A DNA stretch of 64,000 nucleotides from Candidatus Nealsonbacteria bacterium (GTDB lineage Bacteria > Patescibacteriota > Minisyncoccia > Minisyncoccales > RBG-13-42-11), in the NCBI GenBank assembly GCA_026396115.1, contig JAPLXL010000007.1, forward strand, positions 6,565 to 70,564, in the 5' to 3' direction. Under the pieces are notes generated by a model. The model was not told the origin of the DNA. It did not search any database and saw only the letters and a program-made list of their open reading frames with translations. Below, one piece after another: positions 38,014 through 49,364 of this stretch (its first letter is position 1; every line of letters begins with the position of its first letter). The position numbers were made by a program, and so were the translations under genes.

Positions 38014-39057
38014 ATGAAAATAGCTCTTTTAGCTCCATTTGAAGAAAGTGTACCGCCTCAAAAATACGGCGGTACGGAATTAATTGTCTACTATTTAGCC
38101 CAACTTCTTTCTAAAAAACATTCTGTTTTTTTGTTTGCCACCGGCGATTCAAAAACTAAAGCTCGCCTTATACCTATTTTCCCGCGCAACATCAGAAAAG
38201 AAAAGATATCTCAAGATATGAAAATTAGAGAAAGTTTAAAATATATAGGAATCGCCAAAGTAGTAAAAGAACTTAAAAAAATAAAAGTAGATATTATCCA
38301 TAACCATATTGGTTGGAGATTTTTACCCTTTGCTCCTCTTTTTAAATCTCCTGTGGTCACAACTCTTCACGGACCCCTTAATGTGCCTTATCAGCAATTT
38401 GTCTACGGCCAATTTAAAAAATTTCCCTTTATAAGTATCAGTAATTCTCAGAGGAAACCTTTCCCGGACTTAAACTATGCGGCAACGGTCTACAACGGAA
38501 TAGATATTAAAGAATTTGACTTCAATGATAATCCAAAAGGAGATTATTTTGCCTTTCTGGCAAGGATGTCGCCGGAAAAAGGACCCGTTCAAGCAATCCA
38601 AGCCGCAAAAAAAGCTGGCGTTAAATTAAAAATGGCCGCCAAGGTAGATGCAGTTGATAAAGAATATTTTGAAAAAGAAATAAGGCCTTTAATTGATGGA
38701 AAACAAATAAAGTTTTTAGGGGAAATAGGACCAAAAGAAAAAAACAACTTTCTTAAAAATGCCAAGGGTCTGTTAATTCCTTTACAATGGGAAGAACCTT
38801 TTGGTCTTTTTATGATAGAAGCAATGGCTTGCGGCACTCCGGTGATTGCTTTTAAAAGAGGTTCTGTTCCGGAGGTTGTCAAAGATAAAAAAACCGGATT
38901 TATAGTAAAAACAATAAATGAAATGGCAGAAGCGATAAAAAAAATTGATCAAATTGACCGTAAAGAATGCCGAAAATGGATAAAAGAAAAATTCACCGCT
39001 GAAAGAATGGTCTCGGATTATGAAAAAGTTTACGAGAAAATATTAAAAGCAAAGTAA
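38014..39057 (+). CDS. GT4 glycosyltransferase
   Basis: VPPQKYGGTE, WEEPFGLFMIEAMACGTPV. Confidence 0.9.
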   Translation: MKIALLAPFEESVPPQKYGGTELIVYYLAQLLSKKHSVFLFATGDSKTKARLIPIFPRNIRKEKISQDMKIRESLKYIGIAKVVKELKKIKVDIIHNHIGWRFLPFAPLFKSPVVTTLHGPLNVPYQQFVYGQFKKFPFISISNSQRKPFPDLNYAATVYNGIDIKEFDFNDNPKGDYFAFLARMSPEKGPVQAIQAAKKAGVKLKMAAKVDAVDKEYFEKEIRPLIDGKQIKFLGEIGPKEKNNFLKNAKGLLIPLQWEEPFGLFMIEAMACGTPVIAFKRGSVPEVVKDKKTGFIVKTINEMAEAIKKIDQIDRKECRKWIKEKFTAERMVSDYEKVYEKILKAK

Positions 39058-39086
39058 TTTTAATATTGTTTTTTCCAATTAACTTT

Positions 39087-39473
39087 TTATTCTTTAATAT
39101 CGCAAAAACCGCTTAAAATCTTTTTTGCTTTCTCAAAATTTTTCTCTTCAACCAAAACATAATTGGTTTCATAGGTTGAAATATTAAAGATGCTGATATT
39201 GGCTTCGGCTAAGGGTTTTGACAAAGAAACAATAATACCGACGGAAGTCAAATCCAAATCGCCTTCAAGCTTAAAAGCCCGCCAATTCAATTCTGCCATT
39301 ACTCCGGTCGGAATTTTCTCTTGAGGACAAACAATGGAAAGTTCGTCGCTTGTTCTCGTAATAGAACAAAAACTGAGGTCTTGTGCCCATTCGGGAATGG
39401 GAATATTTTTAGATAAATGACAAATGCCCAATTTTTCAGGCAAGATAGAAAGCGTAAGTTTTTTATTTTCCAT
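39087..39473 (-). CDS. ACT domain protein
   Basis: SITRTSDELSIVC, LAEANISIF.ISTYETNY; probable start MENKK. Confidence 0.85.
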   Translation of the reverse strand: MENKKLTLSILPEKLGICHLSKNIPIPEWAQDLSFCSITRTSDELSIVCPQEKIPTGVMAELNWRAFKLEGDLDLTSVGIIVSLSKPLAEANISIFNISTYETNYVLVEEKNFEKAKKILSGFCDIKE

Positions 39474-39672
39474 ATATAAATGTTTATTTTTATTAAATGA
39501 CGAATTTGACGGCGGGACAATCGGGTTAAGTACCCCGAAAGTCATGCTTTATAGAGGCATTATCGCACTTTTTAGATGATTTCGCCAGAGCCAGACTGAG
39601 GCACATGGGTCGGAGTCTGTATCTTGCAAATGGGACACAGAAAATGGCTTTTTAGTGTTCCATTTTCTAAAT

Positions 39673-40176
39673 CTAAAAAGCTCTTTTAATTTCGAAAACA
39701 AACTCACTTTGAATTTTTTTACTACCGTCTTTCCAAAGCTCCTGCTCTGGCGAAACAAGATAGATTCCCCTAAAGTTGCTTGTAATTTTTTCTAATATAT
39801 CTCTATCGTGTAGTGTTAAGTAGGCATTTTTTACATGCATATGTAACAAAATAATAATATCGCTTACATCTTTGCCGTTTTTATCATATTTATTTTCTGC
39901 TTTTTTTATTGCAGTCTTGAAGGAGCAAAATTTGAAAACTTTTAAATATGATTTGGCCATAAATTTAATATACCTATCGCATCCATCTAACGGCTGTTTT
40001 AATTGCAAATACAAAGGGCACTTCTGCCCCGAAATTAAAACTACATCTACATCTGGATAGCCTTTTGGTATAATTACCTTTTGTGGATCGATAGAATCAT
40101 ATGACCAGCCAAAATTAGTTTTTAAATAGCGACAAAATATGTCGCCAAATTTTTTATTTTCTTCGAAACTTTCCAT
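39673..40176 (-). CDS. Hypothetical protein, possible PD-(D/E)xK-like fold
   Basis: PDVDVVL...LYLQLK segment; located downstream of tRNA-Ser. Confidence 0.5.
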   Translation of the reverse strand: MESFEENKKFGDIFCRYLKTNFGWSYDSIDPQKVIIPKGYPDVDVVLISGQKCPLYLQLKQPLDGCDRYIKFMAKSYLKVFKFCSFKTAIKKAENKYDKNGKDVSDIIILLHMHVKNAYLTLHDRDILEKITSNFRGIYLVSPEQELWKDGSKKIQSEFVFEIKRAF

Positions 40177-40215
40177 ATCAACGGATCGAAAACTAATGGT
40201 AAGTTCTATATTTTC

Positions 40216-40440
40216 TTATTTTTCTTTAAAATATTTATCGGTAATCTTTTTTAGCTCTTGTTCTTGCTCTTTTTCTTTACGATCTTTAACTATCACTGAA
40301 TATGCAGTTTGTAATAACCATATTACACCCATTATTTCTAACCCAACCCTAGCGCCTTCCCAGGTTCCACCAAAAAAGACAACCAGAACTCCCCCAGCTA
40401 AAACGATAGCCCCTATTAGTATTGATATTTTTTTAAACAT
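40216..40440 (-). CDS. Small two-TM hypothetical protein
   Basis: Two hydrophobic segments and a charged tail. Confidence 0.55.
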   Translation of the reverse strand: MFKKISILIGAIVLAGGVLVVFFGGTWEGARVGLEIMGVIWLLQTAYSVIVKDRKEKEQEQELKKITDKYFKEK

Positions 40441-40479
40441 ATATTTTTATTCTTGGGTCGCTCCGATACTTTATTTTCT

Positions 40480-40569
<90 letters not shown>

Positions 40570-40573
40570 TTAT

Positions 40574-41476
40574 TTAAATTTTCATTCCTCGCAGAGCTTT
40601 GACTCTTTCTTCAATCGGCGGGTGTGTTATAAATAATCTCACAAACCAGTTTGTTTTCTTTTCTCCTCGAAATGGTGAAGCAATGTACAAATGAGCAGTG
40701 GCATTGTTGGCTACTCTCAAAGGGTTAGGGTCAGCTGAAATTTTTTCCAGGGCCCTGGCTAATCCTTCAGGATAACGAGTTAACAAAGCGCCGGAAGCAT
40801 CAGCTAAAAATTCTCTCTTTCTTGAAATTGCCAATTGAATTAAAGTGGCAGCAAATGGAGCTAAAATGGCGGCCAAAATTCCAAAAATTGCTAAAATTGC
40901 TCCTCCAGAATCCTCTCTTGAATTCCTGCTCCTCATCTCTCCCCAATAACTTATTCTTAAAAAAAAATTAGATAAAATTGCTACAATGCCAACCAAAACG
41001 ACAACAATTGTTTGTAATAACATATCTTTGTTGCCAATGTGGGATAATTCATGGGATATCACTCCTTCAATTTCAACCCTTTCCATTTTTTCCAAAAGCC
41101 CCCTGGTAACAGCCACAACGGCATGTTTTTCATCTCTACCAGTGGCAAAGGCGTTTGGCTGGGCCTCATTAATAATATAGATTTTTGGTAAGGGAAGTCC
41201 GGCAGTGATACAAAGGTTTTCAACTAAGCGATAAAGTTCTGGGTTATCTTTTTTTTCAATTGGTTTTGCCCGGCTCATTGCCAAAACAATTTTATCAGAA
41301 TACCAATAACTGAAAAAACTTTGAAAGATAGCCAAAATAACAGCGAGAATCAAAAAAATCTGATTTTTCAACAAATAACTAAAAAACCATCCCAAGGCAA
41401 TAATAAAGATCAAAAAGCAGGTCGTCAAAATCCAAGTTTTTCGGATATTTGATTCGGCTTGAGTATAAAGATTCAT
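40574..41476 (-). CDS. htpX: M48 zinc metalloprotease HtpX
   Basis: PNAFATG, HELSH, SRKREFLADA, THPP. Confidence 0.9.
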   Translation of the reverse strand: MNLYTQAESNIRKTWILTTCFLIFIIALGWFFSYLLKNQIFLILAVILAIFQSFFSYWYSDKIVLAMSRAKPIEKKDNPELYRLVENLCITAGLPLPKIYIINEAQPNAFATGRDEKHAVVAVTRGLLEKMERVEIEGVISHELSHIGNKDMLLQTIVVVLVGIVAILSNFFLRISYWGEMRSRNSREDSGGAILAIFGILAAILAPFAATLIQLAISRKREFLADASGALLTRYPEGLARALEKISADPNPLRVANNATAHLYIASPFRGEKKTNWFVRLFITHPPIEERVKALRGMKI

Positions 41477-41481
41477 TGGAA

Positions 41482-41546
41482 ACCGAGCTTTCACGCAGTG
41501 AAAGCGAAGGTAAAGAAGAAAGCGAAGCCTTCTTCGCCGACCGAGT
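41482..41546 (+). repeat. Palindromic element copy (lemA-htpX spacer)
   Basis: accgagctttcacgcagtgaaagcgaaggtaaagaagaaagcgaagccttcttcgcc. Confidence 0.85.
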
Positions 41547-42101
41547 TTAGAATTTCACTTGAGGAAGTTCTCTGGCTGAGGGTTCCTTAATTTCAAAGAA
41601 ATCCATTTTAGCAAATCTGAAAACATTAGCCACAATGTTTGCCGGAAAGCTTTCTACCTTGATATTCAAATCCCTGATATTGGTATTATAAAACCTTCTG
41701 GCTGCCTGAATTTTGTCTTCGGTATCGCGAAGCTCTCTTTGTAATTCAAGAAAGTTAGTTGAGGCCTTCAAATCCGGATAATTTTCAGCTACGGCAAAAA
41801 GTGATTTTAGGGTTGAAGAAAGCATATTTTCTGCCTCCGAATGCTCTTTCATTGTTTGAGCTCCCATTGCCCGAGTTCTGGCTTCCGTCACTTTCTCAAA
41901 AACTCCTCTCTCGTGAGCCGCATATCCTTTAACCGTTTCAACTAAATTAGGAATCAAGTTATATCTTCTTTTTAACTGGACATCGATATCCGACCAGGCC
42001 TCTTTTGCTCTATTTCTTAAAATAATCAATCGGTTATAAGTAGAAATTAACCAGAGAATTATTAATCCTATAATTATTAAAATAATTCTAGTAGTGCCCA
42101 T
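41547..42101 (-). CDS. lemA: LemA family protein
   Basis: AWSDIDVQLKRRYNLIPNLVETVKGY, AVAENYPDLKA, ARRFYN. Confidence 0.95.
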   Translation of the reverse strand: MGTTRIILIIIGLIILWLISTYNRLIILRNRAKEAWSDIDVQLKRRYNLIPNLVETVKGYAAHERGVFEKVTEARTRAMGAQTMKEHSEAENMLSSTLKSLFAVAENYPDLKASTNFLELQRELRDTEDKIQAARRFYNTNIRDLNIKVESFPANIVANVFRFAKMDFFEIKEPSARELPQVKF

Positions 42102-42185
42102 AAGATTAAACACCGAAATTAATCGAAGATTAATTGAAGGTTGAAATGAATTGAAAATTCATTGAACATTAAAATTATTAATAAT

Positions 42186-42239
42186 TCGACCTCTCGAGCG
42201 ATAGCGAAGGGGGAAGAAGAAGATTTATCTTCTTCGCCC
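42186..42239 (+). repeat. Palindromic element copy
   Basis: cgagcgatagcgaagggggaagaagaagatttatcttcttcgccc. Confidence 0.8.
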
Positions 42240-42305
42240 TATTTTCTATTATAACAAAGAACTCCTCCGCCCGCAACTCGGAAGAGCCCGTTTGAATCTA
42301 TGGTA

Positions 42306-42674
42306 TTAATTTTTTAGGTAAGATTTTACCTTATCAACAATTTCTTGAGGAGTGTAGTTTGTTTTTATCAAATAATCTTTTATTCCTAATTCCGCTGCTT
42401 CCTTTTTTGTTTTTGTGTCGTCATAATTGGAAAAAGCTATGACCGGAATAGAAGAAAATTCTTTTTCTTTTTTTAACCATTGCATAAAGCCAATGCCGTT
42501 TGTTCTTGGCAGTAAGATATCAAGCAAGATTAGGTCTGGCTTCTCTTTGCGAGTTGCTTCTATTCCTTGTTCAGCTGTTTCAACCAAAACCGCATCAAAA
42601 CCTGTCTGAATAAATTTATCCCGATACATTTCGCCTAACATTTTTTCATCTTCAATTATCAAAATTTTCTTCAT
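42306..42674 (-). CDS. Single-domain response regulator receiver
   Basis: ILIIEDE, LLDILLP..NG, YLIK. Confidence 0.9.
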   Translation of the reverse strand: MKKILIIEDEKMLGEMYRDKFIQTGFDAVLVETAEQGIEATRKEKPDLILLDILLPRTNGIGFMQWLKKEKEFSSIPVIAFSNYDDTKTKKEAAELGIKDYLIKTNYTPQEIVDKVKSYLKN

Positions 42675-42743
42675 AATAAATTTTGGTTAAAAGGATCTTG
42701 AACGAAGTGAAAGATCCTTGCTATTAATATTTTTTTCATATTT

Positions 42744-44375
42744 TTAAATAAAATGTTTTTGTTTGTTTATAATTGTTCTGGTTTTAGATTTGAGCAATTT
42801 TAGGCTTAAATGAATTGGCAATTGGATGTAAAAAGTACTTCCTCTACGCTTACCTGGAGACTCAGCCCAGATTTTACCTCCGTGCATTTCAATAAATTGC
42901 CTGGCAACGTAAAGACCAAGCCCAGCTCCTTCAGCATGAAGTTGAGTGCCGGCCGTTGCCCGGGAAAACATCTGGAAAAGACTATTTAATTCTTTTTCAT
43001 CCATCCCCTCGCCAGTATCGGAAACCTTAATTTCTTCTTGTTCATCGAGTTTTTTCAATTCAAAGGTGACTCCGCCTTCTTTTGTATATTTTATCGCATT
43101 ATCAACAATATTTAAAATCACCTGCCTTAATTTATCTTGGTCAACCATAATTTTTGGCAAGGGTTCCTGAGGTTTTACCATTTTTATATATAAACCCTTC
43201 TTTTCGGCATTAATTCTCAATTCCTCAATGATATCAGAAACCATTTCTTCTAATGAAATCAGTTCTGGGCTAAATTCAATTTTCCCAGCGTCTAATCTCG
43301 ATAAATTCAAAAGATCATTAACTAATCTTATCAACCTTTCATTACTTTGATACACATTTTCCAGAGGCTTCGCCTGCTTTTCAGCTAATTGTCCATAAGT
43401 TCCATCCAAAATCATTGAAATATACCCTTTGACAGCCGTCAAAGGAGTTCTCAACTGATGTGAGGCAATGGAAATAAACTCTGATTTTGTCTGGGATAGC
43501 CTTTCCACCTCTTGCCTTAACTCAACTTCCCTAATAACAGATTTCACCAGAAAATATCCAAAAAGACAAAAAAGAAGGAAAATTCCAGTATTTAAAATTT
43601 TCATTACCAGAGAAGAAGCAACTATTGCCTGAATGAACAAAATTAAAGCCACTATCACCGTGAACACTTCAGTTAAAATAACTTTAATATCAAAAAGCCG
43701 ACGAGCAACAATAGCATAGGCAGTAAAGCCAAGCAGAAAAAAGGCTGAATAATCACCAAATCGATAGTATTGATAAGTTTTTGTGATAATAGGAACTATT
43801 ACATTAAACACAAAATTAAATAGAGCAAAAAGGAATAATCCAATTAAAAAATATTGAACCTTAAGTTTCTCATTTTGAGGAAGTTTAAAGTATTTTTTGA
43901 AAATACGCCAAAGAATTAAAAATGTTAAAATGATTATTGTCCCAAAAAAAATACTTTCTCCTTTTCCAAAAATGGGTTCGCTTCCCCATTTTTTAAATTC
44001 AATATCTTTAATAAAAAAATCGGTAAAAAGAGAAAGTAAAGAAAATATTATTCCAATAGTTAATATTATTTTATCTAAAATTGGAGATTTCTGTTTCTTT
44101 TGTGGAAAATATATTGAAAAAAAATACATTGCAACGAAAAAGAGTATCACTGCTACAAGGTTTAATCTTATCCAAATTAAATCTTGATGGACTTGGTTTG
44201 GTAAATCAGAAATATAACTCAAGCTAATCCATAAAATAATAAAAATAGTTAATATGGAAAATATCTGATTGAGTTTAGCTTTCCGATTATTTAAATAAAC
44301 CAAAAAGATTAGCCCAAGGCCAATGAAATTAATTAAAAGAACAAAAATTTGATTAATTAAAGAAAATTCTATCAT
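42744..44375 (-). CDS. Sensor histidine kinase with multi-TM (HisKA_7TM-like) input
   Basis: ASHQLRTPL H-box; NAIKY, DTGEG, GLGL boxes; about 9 N-terminal TMs. Confidence 0.9.
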   Translation of the reverse strand: MIEFSLINQIFVLLINFIGLGLIFLVYLNNRKAKLNQIFSILTIFIILWISLSYISDLPNQVHQDLIWIRLNLVAVILFFVAMYFFSIYFPQKKQKSPILDKIILTIGIIFSLLSLFTDFFIKDIEFKKWGSEPIFGKGESIFFGTIIILTFLILWRIFKKYFKLPQNEKLKVQYFLIGLFLFALFNFVFNVIVPIITKTYQYYRFGDYSAFFLLGFTAYAIVARRLFDIKVILTEVFTVIVALILFIQAIVASSLVMKILNTGIFLLFCLFGYFLVKSVIREVELRQEVERLSQTKSEFISIASHQLRTPLTAVKGYISMILDGTYGQLAEKQAKPLENVYQSNERLIRLVNDLLNLSRLDAGKIEFSPELISLEEMVSDIIEELRINAEKKGLYIKMVKPQEPLPKIMVDQDKLRQVILNIVDNAIKYTKEGGVTFELKKLDEQEEIKVSDTGEGMDEKELNSLFQMFSRATAGTQLHAEGAGLGLYVARQFIEMHGGKIWAESPGKRRGSTFYIQLPIHLSLKLLKSKTRTIINKQKHFI

Positions 44376-45229
44376 AATAAAACCTTACCGAATGCGAGGT
44401 AAATTAACCATAAAATATCTTCAGTGTCGACAAGAACATTATATAAAAAAGCGGGATTAATATTTTTATCCTCTAATTTTTTAAAATAGTAAAAAGTATA
44501 AGGAACGGTTAAAAGAAGCATTATTGAGAATTGGGGAAATAAGTTAAGATAAACCCCAATTATTATTGGTATTATTGCTAAAATATTAATTAGGCTTAGA
44601 ATTTTAATCAATTTCTCTTGCCCAAAAACTATAGCTAACGTCCTCAAACCTTCCTTTTTGTCACTATCTATATCTTTAATATCAGAAAAACTTATACCCA
44701 CAAATTCTCTAAAATAAACAAAGATTAAAATTAACACCAGGGCTAAATTTAAAGAGACAGAATAATACGCCGCTAAAAGAATCACTAAAAGTGAGAAAAT
44801 TAAAGAAGTAAAAAAATTTTTGAAGCCAACTATCTTTTTAGTAAATTTCTTTAAAAACTTATCGTATGAGAAGATAAGTAAAATCAACAAGAGACTAAAA
44901 AACAGAACGAAAATTCTGTTAAAATATAATAGGATTCCAACAAAGGTCGAAATAGAAAGAAAAATAATTAAAGGAATCTTTTTAATGTATTTTTTAAGAT
45001 GCTGACTTCTCTCAAGATTTGTTAAAATGTCTTTATTAAATTCTCTATAACGACCATATAAACAACCTGCTAAAGTACCTAAATAAACAACAGTTACACA
45101 ATCCCAGGTTATCTTAATATTGAGTAAAATAGCGGATGTAAGAACAATACTTACAGCCCCAAATGAAAGTAAATGTCCTCCATAAACAAATTCATTCCAG
45201 ATCGGTTTTAAAATTTTCTCAATTATCAT
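44372..45229 (-). CDS. UbiA-family prenyltransferase
   Basis: Polytopic; DIKDIDSDKKEGLRTL second Asp-rich motif; first motif degenerate (REFNKDILTN). Confidence 0.75.
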   Translation of the reverse strand: MIIEKILKPIWNEFVYGGHLLSFGAVSIVLTSAILLNIKITWDCVTVVYLGTLAGCLYGRYREFNKDILTNLERSQHLKKYIKKIPLIIFLSISTFVGILLYFNRIFVLFFSLLLILLIFSYDKFLKKFTKKIVGFKNFFTSLIFSLLVILLAAYYSVSLNLALVLILIFVYFREFVGISFSDIKDIDSDKKEGLRTLAIVFGQEKLIKILSLINILAIIPIIIGVYLNLFPQFSIMLLLTVPYTFYYFKKLEDKNINPAFLYNVLVDTEDILWLIYLAFGKVLL

Positions 45230-45235
45230 AAATTT

Positions 45236-45361
45236 TTATTTCTCGAGGATTTGGATTTGAACCTTTCTTTTTCTGGCCCTATCTAATTCGACAAACAAGA
45301 TTCTTTGCCACTGACCAAATTGAATTTTGCCATCAATTAGATTTAAAGTGATATTTACTGT
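45236..45361 (-). pseudogene. 3' remnant of a YjbQ/UPF0047-family gene
   Basis: Hand translation TVNITLNLIDGKIQFGQWQRILFVELDRARKRKVQIQILEK* matches the YjbQ C-terminal G.WQ.I.F.E.D..R.R pattern; no start codon. Confidence 0.7.
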
Positions 45362-45386
45362 TCATCTTCTAAAAATGAGGGAGGAA

Positions 45387-46403
45387 TTAGTTTTTTCTTT
45401 CAATGGTAAAATTAGCAATTTCGTTTAAAATATTGTTCCATTTGTTTTTAGGTAAATCATTTAAGTTTTCCTTGGCTTTTTCAGCAAAACTTTTTCCAAG
45501 CCGATAGGCCTTCTGCAAACTGTTAGTTTTTTTGATTAACTGTATTGCCCCTTGGATATCTTGGCTTTTAATTTCTTTCTTCCTCATTATTTCCAAAACT
45601 CTTTTTTTCTCGGATTTTGGAAGCTCTTTTAAGGCAAGCATTATCACAATATTGCCCCCCTTTCTTTCAGTTATATCTTTTCCAATTTTTTTGCCAAAAG
45701 ACTTCTTTTCGCCAAAAATATCCAAAATATCATCCTGAACCTGAAAGGCGATTCCCAAATTAAATCCATAATTTCTTAAGGCCTTCAAGTTTTTTTCTGA
45801 AGCGCCGGCTGCAATGCCGCCTATCTCACAACAAGTTTTGAATAGAGCCGCTGTCTTTTTACTAACCATTTTGAAATAATCTTTGTTTGCTATATTGCGA
45901 TATCGATTTTTTACAATATACGGCTCTTCTTTTCTGCCAGCCCGTTCAAACAAAATATCTAAAATTTCGCCATCAACAATTGTTTTCATAGTTTTGGCAA
46001 AAAGTTCAGACATTCTGACTGGTTTCTTTGACTGATTGGCAGCCTGAAAGACGACAGCCGAATAGTCAATCCCTACACATTGGGCAATAGACCTGCCAAA
46101 TTTAAACCAGGTAGTTGGTTTATTTCTCCTTAAAGTGCTGTTATCAATTATATCATCAATGATTAAGGAATAATTGTGTAATATTTCCAAACCGGCAGCT
46201 GGAAATATTGCGTCTTTTACTTTTCCGCCCAATAACTGACAAGTTATTAGAACCAAAGCAGGCCTTATTCTTTTGCCACCGGTAAAAACTTGATATTTAA
46301 CAATTTCTTGATTTTCTTTATCAACATAGGAATCCAAAAGCTCGCCCATTACAGGTGTTACCATTTTTGAGTATTTATTTAAAATTGAGTCTAAAAATGA
46401 CAT
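45387..46403 (-). CDS. Polyprenyl diphosphate synthase
   Basis: GGKRIRP, DDIID (FARM), RR, KTA, FQVQDDILD (SARM). Confidence 0.9.
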   Translation of the reverse strand: MSFLDSILNKYSKMVTPVMGELLDSYVDKENQEIVKYQVFTGGKRIRPALVLITCQLLGGKVKDAIFPAAGLEILHNYSLIIDDIIDNSTLRRNKPTTWFKFGRSIAQCVGIDYSAVVFQAANQSKKPVRMSELFAKTMKTIVDGEILDILFERAGRKEEPYIVKNRYRNIANKDYFKMVSKKTAALFKTCCEIGGIAAGASEKNLKALRNYGFNLGIAFQVQDDILDIFGEKKSFGKKIGKDITERKGGNIVIMLALKELPKSEKKRVLEIMRKKEIKSQDIQGAIQLIKKTNSLQKAYRLGKSFAEKAKENLNDLPKNKWNNILNEIANFTIERKN

Positions 46404-46900
46404 TAAATTTTAGTTAAGCCGATTTTCAACCAAGGGGTATATTTATTAGGATTTTTAATAATGTCTTTTTTAAATTCTCTAAGTTCGACCCATTTCCAAT
46501 TAGTTATTTCTTTTAGATTTGGTTTAATTTTTCCATTGTATTTTCCGACAAAAACAGCGCAAACTTCATTCTCAGAACCGATGTTTTTATATCTCGCTTG
46601 ATATTGGAATTTGTCTACAAATTTAGGTTGGCAGCTAAAGCCAAGCTCTTCTTTTAATCTTCTTTTGATTGTTTTTAAATAGGTTTCGCCTTTTTGGGGA
46701 TGGCTGGAACAGGAATTGTCCCAAAAAAGTGGCCACAATTTTTTTAACTTGCTTCTTTTTTGAATTAACAATTGACCATTTTGATTAAAGACGAAAACAA
46801 TGCAAGCTCGATGTAAAATTCCTTCGCCTTGATGGCACTTTTCTTTATCTCCATAACCCACTATCTTATCTTTTTTATCAACCAAGACTATTTTCTTCAT
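46403..46900 (-). CDS. idi: Isopentenyl-diphosphate isomerase type 1
   Basis: H...G.LHRA, QKRS..K..WP, SCSSHP, EELG, ENEV, YTPW. Confidence 0.9.
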   Translation of the reverse strand: MKKIVLVDKKDKIVGYGDKEKCHQGEGILHRACIVFVFNQNGQLLIQKRSKLKKLWPLFWDNSCSSHPQKGETYLKTIKRRLKEELGFSCQPKFVDKFQYQARYKNIGSENEVCAVFVGKYNGKIKPNLKEITNWKWVELREFKKDIIKNPNKYTPWLKIGLTKI

Positions 46901-46996
46901 CTTTTAACCATTTTTATTTATTCTACCATAGCCTTAAATTTTTTCAATTAGTTATTTTTTTGTATTTTTCTGATTCTTTTTTAAGTTTCTCATCAT

Positions 46997-47182
46997 CTAG
47001 ACGGACAACAAATGGCAAATCGGAATGACATCCCAATTAATCGAGATAACACTAGTTCTGGCAACCAACACGGCAATCTGACTACCCAGACCACATCCGA
47101 CAAGCAGCACTTTCGTTCTTCCAATTTTTTCCTGGACTTCTGAAGATACGAACCCCCAATTCCGCGTCACAAGTTCTTCCAC
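46997..47182 (-). pseudogene. 5' remnant of a ThiF-family adenylyltransferase
   Basis: Strong SD (AAGGAGG); RNWGFV..EVQEKI...KVLLVGCGLGS.IA...AR, then similarity is lost and the frame stops. Confidence 0.7.
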
Positions 47183-47248
47183 CTTGCTCGCCTCCTTATA
47201 ATTTAGCTTTAAATGAAGCCCAACTTTGATTATTGATCTCTACAAAGT

Positions 47249-47284
47249 AAAAAAAATTACGGGGGTACAACCCCTGTAATTTTT
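47249..47284 (-). terminator. groEL terminator
   Basis: aaaaattacggggg-tacaa-cccctgtaattttt hairpin. Confidence 0.75.
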
Positions 47285-47306
47285 CTATCAATTCAGAAAT
47301 TTTTAA

Positions 47307-49218
<1,912 letters not shown>

Positions 49219-49237
49219 GAATTTAGTTTTTTACGTT

Positions 49238-49264
49238 TTAGCAGTTACGACCTTTGAGTGCTAA
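49238..49264. promoter_or_regulatory. CIRCE element (HrcA operator)
   Basis: TTAGCAGTT-N9-GAGTGCTAA (consensus TTAGCACTC-N9-GAGTGCTAA), downstream of a minus-strand TTGACA-17-TAATAT promoter at 49278-49306. Confidence 0.9.
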
Positions 49265-49364
49265 TTTCTACTTTTAAATATTAATTGATTAAAAAATTTC
49301 TGTCAACCCCAAGAATAAAATGGTGCCGGGCTTCCAGAAATATTTTATTTTTTGTGAACTGATT

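Noticed and set aside
39580..39755. 12-bp inverted repeat TTTCGCCAGAGC / GCTCTGGCGAAA
   Set aside because: One arm is inside a CDS, there is no transposase or target duplication, and one such match is plausible by chance in 64 kb.
49238..49264. Inverted repeat upstream of groES as a novel operator
   Set aside because: It is the well-known CIRCE element.
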